64,000 bases of DNA, taken from positions 174 to 64,173 of the forward strand of contig JACNKC010000057.1 in assembly GCA_014382245.1 (NCBI GenBank), given 5' to 3'. The translations under genes and the position numbers were made by a program. The notes below the pieces were generated by a model. It was not told the DNA's origin and did not search any database. It worked only from the letters and a program-made list of their open reading frames with translations. The stretch's first letter is position 1; each line of letters begins with the position of its first letter. This DNA is from Pseudomonadota bacterium. GTDB lineage: Bacteria; Desulfobacterota; Binatia; UBA1149. Below are positions 37,817 to 45,774 of the stretch, one piece after another.

Positions 37817-38965
37817 ATGGCTGAAGCAGATTTTTACTTGAGCGAGGAGCAACGGTCGTTGCAGTCGACCTTGCGCGACTTTGTCGCTGCCGAGGTGGAG
37901 CCGCTCGCCCAGGGGGCCGACGATGACGAGCGCTTTCCGGTGCAGGTGTTGCGCAAACTGGGTGGGCTTGGCTATCTCGGACTGCGTTTCCCCGTTGAGG
38001 TGGGCGGGGCGGGGGGTAGCAACCTCGACTACGCGGTCATGTGCGAGGAGATGGCGCGCGGCTCGGCCGGTATAGCGCTGGGAGTGTACGTCCACACGGC
38101 GCTGGCCTGTTCGGCCTTGACGGAGTTCGCGTCCGATGATTTGCGCGAACGCTGGCTCGCCCCGGCACTGCGCGGCGAGGCCATCGGCGGCTGGGCTTTT
38201 GCCGAGGCCGGGGCCGGGTCTGACGCCGCGTCGATTACTACCAGCGCCGCCGTCGATGGCGATGACTACGTTCTCAACGGCGCCAAGATGTACATCACCA
38301 ATGGCACCATAGCCGACTTCCTGGTGGTGGTCGCCTCCACGACGCCGGGGCAGGGGCTCAAGGGTCTGTCGTTGTTTCTCGTGGAGGCCGACCGTCCCGG
38401 TTTCAAGGTCGCTCGCCCCTTGTCCAAGCTTGGGGTTCGGGCTTCGGAGATGGCCGAGCTTGTTTTCGAAGACTGCCGGGTGCCGCGTGAAAACCTGCTG
38501 GGAAGAGAGGACAAGGGTTTCCTCGACGCGCTCAGGGTGCTGGTGTTCGGTCGCATAGCGTCGGCGGCTTTCGCCGTAGGGATCTCTCGTGCGGCGTTGG
38601 AGGCCACGGTCGAGCATGTGCGCGAGCGGCGGCAGTTCGGTGTGTCGGTCGGTAGCTTCCAGGCGGTGCGCTTCGGGGTCGCCGACATGGCCATGCAGAT
38701 AGAGGCGGCCCGCCTGCTTTGTCACCGGGCAGCCATCGCTGCCGACCGGGGTTTGCCTCACGGCCGTGAAGCGTCGATGGCCAAGCTTTTTGCCACCGAG
38801 ACATGCACGCGCGTGGTCGAGCGAGCGTTGCATTACCACGGGGCAACGGGATTCATGTCGGACTCCCCGGTGCAGCGTTACTACCGCGACTGCAAAGTGT
38901 TCGAATTCGGCGAAGGCTCAAGCGAACTGCAGCGCGAGATGATCGCGCGCGAGCTGGGTCTCTGA
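37817..38965 (+). CDS. acyl-CoA dehydrogenase
   Basis: MAEADFYLSEEQRSLQ typical ACAD start. The rest of the ACAD fold follows, including a catalytic Glu near the C-terminus (EFGEGSSE). The ORF track starts at 37712. Confidence 0.9.
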   Translation: MAEADFYLSEEQRSLQSTLRDFVAAEVEPLAQGADDDERFPVQVLRKLGGLGYLGLRFPVEVGGAGGSNLDYAVMCEEMARGSAGIALGVYVHTALACSALTEFASDDLRERWLAPALRGEAIGGWAFAEAGAGSDAASITTSAAVDGDDYVLNGAKMYITNGTIADFLVVVASTTPGQGLKGLSLFLVEADRPGFKVARPLSKLGVRASEMAELVFEDCRVPRENLLGREDKGFLDALRVLVFGRIASAAFAVGISRAALEATVEHVRERRQFGVSVGSFQAVRFGVADMAMQIEAARLLCHRAAIAADRGLPHGREASMAKLFATETCTRVVERALHYHGATGFMSDSPVQRYYRDCKVFEFGEGSSELQREMIARELGL

Positions 38966-39014
38966 GCCGAGGGGGAGTATCCCCCTCGGGCTTTCTTTCT
39001 GATAGAGGGGAAGC

Positions 39015-39992
39015 ATGAACGTGGAATACGGAACCTTCGTACCGCAGGGCTGGCGCATGGAGATGCAGCATCTCCAGGGCGGCCAATCCCAGTGGAATGT
39101 CTTGACCGCGAGCGCGCGCGCGCTTGAAGACGCTGGCTACGACTCGTTGTGGTTGTACGACCACTTTCACACCGTGCCGCGTCCGGCCATGGAGCCGACC
39201 TTCGAGTGCTGGAGTACGATGGCCGCTCTGTCGCAGGTGACAAGCCGAGTGCGCCTGGGCCAGCTGGTGACCTGCAGCGCCTATCGCAACCCGGCTTACC
39301 TCGCCAAGCTGGCCAGCTGCGTTGACGTGATGAGCGGCGGCAGGGTCGACCTTGGAATAGGCGCCGGCTGGAAGACCGAGGAGTTCGAAGCCTACCAGTA
39401 CCCGTTTGCCGGCATACGCGAGCGCCTCGACCGCATGGCCGACACGGCGCGTATCTGCCGCGCGATGTTCACGGACGAGAAAGCCACCGTAGAGGGAGTG
39501 TACCACCGGGTGACCGACGCCATCAACGAGCCAAAGCCCGTGCAGGCCGGGGGGCCCCCGATCTGGATAGGCACGCAGGGCGAAAAAGTCGGCCTGCGCA
39601 TGGTGGCCGAAGTGGCCGACGGCTGGAACCATAACCGTGGGCCCGACGAGTACGAGCGCAAGCGCGAGATCCTTGCAGGGCATTGTCGCGACCGCGGCCG
39701 CGACCCCGACAGCGTGCGCATATCAGTGGAGAACACCTGCGTGATCTACGAGAGCGAAGCCGAGCTACGTGATTTTGCCGCTCGCTGGTGGCCGCACTAC
39801 AACGAGAAACAACTCACCAGGTTCCTGGCCAACTGCTGGACCGGGAGGGCCGAGGATATCGCGGCCGAGATAAGGTTTTTTACCGAGCGGGGAGCGTCGC
39901 TGGTGATCTGCTGGTTCCAGGACCTCTGTGACGCCGGCAATGAGGATTCGCAGGCGCAGCGATTTATGCGCGAGGTCGTGCCGCTGGTCTGA
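39015..39992 (+). CDS. LLM-class F420/flavin-dependent oxidoreductase
   Basis: Luciferase-like monooxygenase family pattern (MNVEYGTFVPQGW start, TIM barrel). Confidence 0.75.
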   Translation: MNVEYGTFVPQGWRMEMQHLQGGQSQWNVLTASARALEDAGYDSLWLYDHFHTVPRPAMEPTFECWSTMAALSQVTSRVRLGQLVTCSAYRNPAYLAKLASCVDVMSGGRVDLGIGAGWKTEEFEAYQYPFAGIRERLDRMADTARICRAMFTDEKATVEGVYHRVTDAINEPKPVQAGGPPIWIGTQGEKVGLRMVAEVADGWNHNRGPDEYERKREILAGHCRDRGRDPDSVRISVENTCVIYESEAELRDFAARWWPHYNEKQLTRFLANCWTGRAEDIAAEIRFFTERGASLVICWFQDLCDAGNEDSQAQRFMREVVPLV

Positions 39993-40094
39993 GCGACAGG
40001 GCTGGCCATACGAGTTTGCCGTGCCTGCACCTGGGGTACAGCCCGCCACCCGTCACGGTCAAATGAAGGGTGGCGGGCCTGCGGTTTGCATGCT

Positions 40095-43000
40095 TCAGCT
40101 CCCGGCCGGCTCGCACACGAACTTCAGTGAATCGGAATCCCGTGTGCCTCGTCCGTTCGTGCCTGGGGTTGAGATCGCCTGCACTTTCAGCTTACCCTTG
40201 CCGGCCCGCGTACCGTCGTTCCTCAGCGGAACCTGAAATTCTACCAGGTCACTGCAGTCACCCTCGACAGTGACCGGCGAGGAGTAGGTTATTTCAGATC
40301 CTGCTCTTCCGCCCAGCGTTGCCTGTCCAGCTGGATCCAGGGACGCTATGGCGTCACGGAGCGCGGTGCCGTTGGCTGCGTCGTGGGGCTTGCGACTGTC
40401 AGGCCTGGGCTTTTTAACCCGTAGCGAATCCACGCCGCTCACCGAGCATGCTAGATCGCCGGTCTTGGGGTCTACGAGGCGAGAGTCATCAAGATTCAGG
40501 CAGGCCGCAAGGCGGAAGACACATACTCCGTTGGCCTGGCCATCTCCGTCGCACACCGGATCACCGTCGCGGCAGGTCTGTTCCGGGTTTATGTAACCTC
40601 TTCTATCGAAGAAGGGGCGGTTGAGGGGGTTGCGTATAGACCACTCCAGCACGCAGTTCTTTTTTGCTGATCCCTTGCCGGGCACGAGGTCACCCGCGGT
40701 TTCGCCCATGTACATGTCGCTGAACTTGCATGTCTCGAACGGCCACACTCCTGTCCCCGATACGGAGGCTGGATCAACGGGGTCAGCATTGTTGTCGTCG
40801 CAGCAGAGCGGCACCGGCGTATCCGGGTCGGCTACACAATCGGCCGTTCTCAGTGAGCAACCGCTTCCAGTGTAGTTGTGTTTACACTTCTTGGTCGCAG
40901 CGGGGAGCATGGGAGTGCTGTTCCGCTTGAGCACCAGGTTCTGCTCCTGCAGGCTCGAGCTGCTCGAGCAGGTACCACCGGCGGGGCAGTTGTCTGGGTT
41001 TTTCTTGCTGCACGGTAGGCCGTCCATGGTGCCGCCCGAGCAGGTGCCCTTGTCTACGAAGCCGTCGTTGATACGATCATCCCAGCACATGCTAACGGTT
41101 ATCGCCGACGCGAACTGGGTGACGCCGGGGGCGGTCGTGTCTTCGGGGGTCAGAATTGCCCGCATGCCAACACCCGCTCCCGCCTCTACCTTGAACTTGT
41201 CACTGCCCGAGCTGTGATCGAAGCCGGTAATGGAAAAACTGGTGTCGGTGGCAATGGCACCAGCTGGTACATCAATGGTAACGCAGCCGTCAGTCGTGGT
41301 GAGCGTGCCTCCGGCAACACCGATGTTCACGCCACCGGACCTAGCCACGGTGCAGTTCTGGTCAGAAAAAGCAGGGCAGTCGTCGCATACATCGCCACCG
41401 TCGCAGCAGCCCTCCTTGCCGACGGGGACCACGCCCGAGCAGCCACCCGAAACCCAGAAAGCGGGGTCGGTACAGTCGTAGTCAGCCTGGTCCGGGTTGT
41501 ACTCGGCGGCGCAGTTGTCATCGGGGTCGCACACGCCGTCGGCGTCTGGATCGGTGCTGTCGCAGGTGTCGGTGGCTTCTTCGCAGTTGTAACAGGTACC
41601 CAGGGCCAGGCAGGGGTCGCCGCCGCTGGTGCAGGCCGCGGCCTGGCAGGTCTCAATGCCCGTGCAGTAAAGCCCGTCGTCCGAGCAGGCCGTTCCGTTG
41701 GCCAGGGCCGGATGCGCGCAGGCGCCCGCGCCATCGCACTGGTCGTCGGTGCATTCGTTGCCGTCGTTCGTGCAGGCTGTTCCCGCACTCACGTCGCAGC
41801 TGTTGGCCGCCTCGTCGCAACTGTCGGCGCACTCGGCGCCACCGACGCAGGGGTCGCCGCCGCTGGTGCAGGCCGCGGCCTGGCAGGTCTCAGCGCCCGT
41901 GCAGTAAAGCCCGTCGTCGGTGCAGGCAGTGTCGTTGGCCACGGCCGGATGCGCGCAGGCGCCCGTGCCGTCGCACACGTCGTCGGTGCATTCGTTGCCG
42001 TCGCTCGTGCAGGCTGTATTCGCCGCCACCGCGCAGCTGTTAGCCGCTTCGTTGCAACTGTCGTCGCATTCGGCGCCACCCACGCAGGGGTCGCCGCCGC
42101 TGGTGCAGGCTCCAGCCTGGCAGGATTCTGAACCAGTACAGTAAAGTCCGTCGTCGGTGCAGACAGTGTCGTTGGCCACCGGCGTGAACACGCAGGCGCC
42201 CAGCGCGCAGGAGTCCGAGGTGCACTCGTTGCCGTCATTGCACACCAGGGTCAGGCAGGGGTCGGGGGCAGGTTCTTTTATTACGTGAGTGGTGCCGTTG
42301 GGGTCGCCTATTCCCGAGCCGCCAACCGATAGATCCAGGGTGCCGTCGCCATCGAGGTCGCCGAGGTCTACGCCCCAGCCGAGATTGCCGTCGTTGACCT
42401 TGCCGTACCAGACCGCCGGTGCGGTGTTTATCGAGGTGTTCAGTCCACTGTAAGTGCCGCCCGAGAGTACAAATACGCCGCCGTTCTGGGCCATTCCGCC
42501 TCCGGAATACAAGGGCGCCCCGATGTAGAGTTCGAGCTTGCCGTCGGCGTCGTAGTCGGCGGCAGCCAGGTCGGTGCCCAGGCGGTCAAACACCGCGTCG
42601 CCGTCTCCTATGCAGCTGTCGGCGCTGGTGTAGGGCGAGGGGTAGTCCACCGGGTAGACCGCGGGCGAAGCCCCTATGGGTCCGTACTTGATGTACACGC
42701 GCGATTCCACCGCCACCCCGTCGCTGGGAGACCCGACCACGAGGTCGTCGATGCCATCGGTGTTGACGTCGGCCACGTCAAGGCCCTGGCCGAACCAGGC
42801 GTCGTCTTTCTTCATGTCGATGCAGGCCGAAGCGACGCAGGAACAGGAGCCGCCACAGGCCGGCGCGCCGTCCATGATGCTCAAGGGCTGGGAGACTGGA
42901 TTGTTGATGGGGCCGTTGGCGCAGAAATTGAACTCGACCACGGCCGCGGTTCCAAGCAGGTATACGCGTCCCGCCCGGGCGAACCCGTGGCGGTGTATGG

Positions 43001-43733
43001 GTGCGCCGACCACGAGATCGACCAGTCCGTCGTTGTCTATGTCGCCGGCTGCCGGGTAGCCGAACATTTCGAGTTGCGCGCCACCGCTCATTATCGAGTA
43101 GCCGTTGCCCCCGGTGTACAGGCGCCAGTTGTCGGCAAATATTTCCTGTCCCCACACGAGTCCCGCCGACTTGTGCAGCACGTGGATGGCACCGCCATCA
43201 ACCTTTACTCCACCCGCTAGGCCGGCCACCGGATCGGCCAGTGGGTCACCGATGATGAGGTCGTTCTGCCCGTCGCAGTCGATGTCGGCAATCTCAAGGC
43301 CCAGGCCGAAACCGCCGCTGCCCGTCAAGGCCGTGGGTGCGTTGATGCGGAAGGCGTTGGGGGCGACGGCGCCGGCTTTGCAAAGCACGCTCACGTCTTC
43401 GGGCGCTGCTCCCATGGCGATGGCCCCGCGTACAAGGCACACGTGGTCGCTGCCGGGCACGCCTATGGCGATGTCGTCAATGCCGTCAGCGTCAAGATCG
43501 CCCACGGCCACGCCGCGGCCCGAATCGGTGGCCAGCGCAGCACCGCCGAGGTAATCGTGGCCGCTCACGGCCTGGGCCGAGACCTCGGCCGGTACCGCCC
43601 AGGCCTGCTGGGCTGTAAGCGTGATGGTGAGCACTGCCAGCGCGAGCAAGGAAAAACCTCGCACTGCGACGCAAGCGCTGCCTGTGCACCCGGGAGCGCT
43701 GCGGTGAATCGACGAATGGTATTCAGTGGTCAT
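40095..43733 (-). CDS. large secreted FG-GAP (integrin-alpha beta-propeller) protein with tandem Cys-rich repeats and a TSP type-3-like Ca-binding motif
   Basis: Signal peptide. At least six FG-GAP repeats (GDLDADGIDDIAIG, IADIDCDGQNDLIIG, AGDIDNDGLVDLVVG, ...). About 3.3 copies of a 79-aa Cys-rich repeat (TACTDDGLYCTGAETCQAAACTSGGDPCVGGAEC...). DADGVCDPDDNCAAEYNPDQADYD TSP3-like motif. Cys-rich C-terminal domain. GGGGGGACAG RBS. Confidence 0.75.
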   Translation of the reverse strand: MTTEYHSSIHRSAPGCTGSACVAVRGFSLLALAVLTITLTAQQAWAVPAEVSAQAVSGHDYLGGAALATDSGRGVAVGDLDADGIDDIAIGVPGSDHVCLVRGAIAMGAAPEDVSVLCKAGAVAPNAFRINAPTALTGSGGFGLGLEIADIDCDGQNDLIIGDPLADPVAGLAGGVKVDGGAIHVLHKSAGLVWGQEIFADNWRLYTGGNGYSIMSGGAQLEMFGYPAAGDIDNDGLVDLVVGAPIHRHGFARAGRVYLLGTAAVVEFNFCANGPINNPVSQPLSIMDGAPACGGSCSCVASACIDMKKDDAWFGQGLDVADVNTDGIDDLVVGSPSDGVAVESRVYIKYGPIGASPAVYPVDYPSPYTSADSCIGDGDAVFDRLGTDLAAADYDADGKLELYIGAPLYSGGGMAQNGGVFVLSGGTYSGLNTSINTAPAVWYGKVNDGNLGWGVDLGDLDGDGTLDLSVGGSGIGDPNGTTHVIKEPAPDPCLTLVCNDGNECTSDSCALGACVFTPVANDTVCTDDGLYCTGSESCQAGACTSGGDPCVGGAECDDSCNEAANSCAVAANTACTSDGNECTDDVCDGTGACAHPAVANDTACTDDGLYCTGAETCQAAACTSGGDPCVGGAECADSCDEAANSCDVSAGTACTNDGNECTDDQCDGAGACAHPALANGTACSDDGLYCTGIETCQAAACTSGGDPCLALGTCYNCEEATDTCDSTDPDADGVCDPDDNCAAEYNPDQADYDCTDPAFWVSGGCSGVVPVGKEGCCDGGDVCDDCPAFSDQNCTVARSGGVNIGVAGGTLTTTDGCVTIDVPAGAIATDTSFSITGFDHSSGSDKFKVEAGAGVGMRAILTPEDTTAPGVTQFASAITVSMCWDDRINDGFVDKGTCSGGTMDGLPCSKKNPDNCPAGGTCSSSSSLQEQNLVLKRNSTPMLPAATKKCKHNYTGSGCSLRTADCVADPDTPVPLCCDDNNADPVDPASVSGTGVWPFETCKFSDMYMGETAGDLVPGKGSAKKNCVLEWSIRNPLNRPFFDRRGYINPEQTCRDGDPVCDGDGQANGVCVFRLAACLNLDDSRLVDPKTGDLACSVSGVDSLRVKKPRPDSRKPHDAANGTALRDAIASLDPAGQATLGGRAGSEITYSSPVTVEGDCSDLVEFQVPLRNDGTRAGKGKLKVQAISTPGTNGRGTRDSDSLKFVCEPAGS
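41560..42290. repeat. about 3 copies of a 237-bp near-identical tandem repeat inside the FG-GAP protein gene
   Basis: The motif GCAGGGGTCGCCGCCGCTGGTGCAGGC recurs at 41610, 41847 and 42084 (period 237 bp = 79 codons) with long near-identical flanks. Confidence 0.8.
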
Positions 43734-44252
43734 GTTATCTGTCCCCCCGGCAGGATCCCCTGTAAGGCTCCGGCCGCCGTAATCCTTATTCCTTCAACGA
43801 TGCAATCCCTGTGCCGCATCCGACACAAGCGCTGCGAGGCGCTATTACCCGCTGCGCGTCCTTGCTCCGGCGCTGCAGCCGCTAAGCTGGGTTTTCACCT
43901 GCCGTAGCATCCGGCTGCTTGCTGCCAAGCCTGGTTTGCAGTGGGCGTGGGAGGGCCGGCTGGAGATTCTCCCGCTTCGGCCCTCGTAGACCCCGCTCAT
44001 TGTCCAACTGAGCGGCAGCAACCGGCACTTGTCAACGGGCGCCGGTTCGTGGAGGGCGAATGAGATGGGCAGCGGGTGGCAAAGGGGAGTCTTTTTCGAT
44101 GACCACAAGGCGTTGGCTGTGTATCAGCCGCATAGTCTCGACCCCTGCACAAGGGGGTGAAAGTGGCGCGGTTGACGGGCAACGGCTGAGCGTATAACCA
44201 CTTGGCGGACGGTTGCGGCTCAACGGCTGCGGCGGGCAGAGAGCCTGAGAAG

Positions 44253-45104
44253 ATGAACTACAGGGGAAAGGTGGCGGTGGTTACGGGCGCTTCGTCGGGA
44301 ATAGGCTACCAGGCGGCCCTGGCACTGGCCGAGCGTGGTTGCACCGTGGTGGGTGTCGCGCGCCGGCAGGCCGAACTCGAGGAACTCACCAGCCGCTGCC
44401 GGCGGCACGCGTCGGATTCCACCTTCATGGTCGGCGATCTCGGTGAGCGCGCCTTCGCCGAGCACGTGGTAAACGACAGCGCTCGGCGCTTCGGTCGCCT
44501 CGACATCCTGGTCAACAACGCGGGCATTCCCATTCACAAGCATATCTACGACGTGACTCCCGACGACGTGGAGAGAGTGATGCGTGTTAACTTCATGTCG
44601 AGCGTGTGGACCACGCTGGCGGCGATTCCCCACATGCTGCTGCTGGGCGAGGCGTGGATAGTAAACGTGTCTTCGTTTGCCGCCCAGGTCGCGCCGCCGC
44701 GCGAGACTGCCTACACGGCTTCGAAGGCGGCAATGGATGGTTTTACCGAGGGGCTATGGACCGACCTCGCGGGGTCGGGCATACACGCGGGCCTGGTCAT
44801 CCCGGGGCCCATCGACACCGAGATCTGGGACAAGGACGACAGTCCCAGTGCCTACAGCGGCAACCTGCACCCGCCGTCGATAGTGGTGGACGCCATCCTC
44901 GAGTGCATAGAGAACAAGCTGCGCGAGGTGGTCGCTCCGCGCTACAGTCCGCAGTTGCTCGCCGCCCGCTGGATGAGGTTTCTCACCCCGTCGCTCATGC
45001 TCAAGGGCATGAGCTGGATGGAGCCGGTACCCGAAGAGGTCGTGTCGCGCGCCCGCGCCGCGGCCCGGCGAAAGCGCGACGGTGAAGGGGGGGGCATGGG
45101 ATGA
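44253..45104 (+). CDS. SDR family oxidoreductase
   Basis: GKVAVVTGASSGIG Rossmann motif. YTASKAAMDG catalytic YxxxK. The ORF track starts at 44202. Confidence 0.8.
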   Translation: MNYRGKVAVVTGASSGIGYQAALALAERGCTVVGVARRQAELEELTSRCRRHASDSTFMVGDLGERAFAEHVVNDSARRFGRLDILVNNAGIPIHKHIYDVTPDDVERVMRVNFMSSVWTTLAAIPHMLLLGEAWIVNVSSFAAQVAPPRETAYTASKAAMDGFTEGLWTDLAGSGIHAGLVIPGPIDTEIWDKDDSPSAYSGNLHPPSIVVDAILECIENKLREVVAPRYSPQLLAARWMRFLTPSLMLKGMSWMEPVPEEVVSRARAAARRKRDGEGGGMG

Positions 45105-45769
45105 GCCTTCTGCCGACGCCGCTCAGCGAGGGACTGTACGAATACCTGTGCGCACATCGCAGCGGGCACGACACCGGGCACCGCTCGCTGCTCGAAGAGC
45201 TCGCCGAGGAGACCCTGGGCATGGGCGACATCTCGATGATGCAGATAGCGCCCGACCAGGGAGCCCTGTTGACCATGCTCGTGAGCTTGATGGGTGCCCG
45301 CAAGGCGGTCGAGGTGGGTACCTTTACCGGCTACAGCGCGATTTGTATTGCCAGCGGGCTCGCGCCGGGGGGCAGCCTGCTGTGCTGCGACGTCAGCGAG
45401 GAGTGGACCTCGATGGCGCGACGCTATTTCACGCGCGCCGGGTTGGACGACACCATAGAGCTGTGCATCGCCCCTGCCGCCGAAACCCTGCGCGCGCTGT
45501 CCGAGCATGACGACATCGACTTTGCCTTCATCGATGCCGACAAGACCGGCTACCGCGACTACTACGAGCAGTTGCTCCCGCGCATGCGCGCGGGAGGGTT
45601 GATCGTGTTCGACAACGTGTTGTGGCTGGGGCAGGTGGTGCGCGAAGATGATCAATCCGAGAGCACGGTGGCCATGCGTCGTCTCAACGACGCCGTGGTC
45701 GCCGACCCGCGCGTTGAAGCAGTGATGATAAGCGTGGGCGACGGCCTGCTGCTGGCGCGCAAGCTCTGA
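45101..45769 (+). CDS. class I SAM-dependent O-methyltransferase (caffeoyl-CoA OMT-like, family 3)
   Basis: VEVGTFTGYSAICIA SAM-binding motif and FIDADK motif typical of OMT family 3. ATGA overlap with the upstream SDR gene. Confidence 0.8.
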   Translation: MSLLPTPLSEGLYEYLCAHRSGHDTGHRSLLEELAEETLGMGDISMMQIAPDQGALLTMLVSLMGARKAVEVGTFTGYSAICIASGLAPGGSLLCCDVSEEWTSMARRYFTRAGLDDTIELCIAPAAETLRALSEHDDIDFAFIDADKTGYRDYYEQLLPRMRAGGLIVFDNVLWLGQVVREDDQSESTVAMRRLNDAVVADPRVEAVMISVGDGLLLARKL

Positions 45770-45774
45770 CCGGC

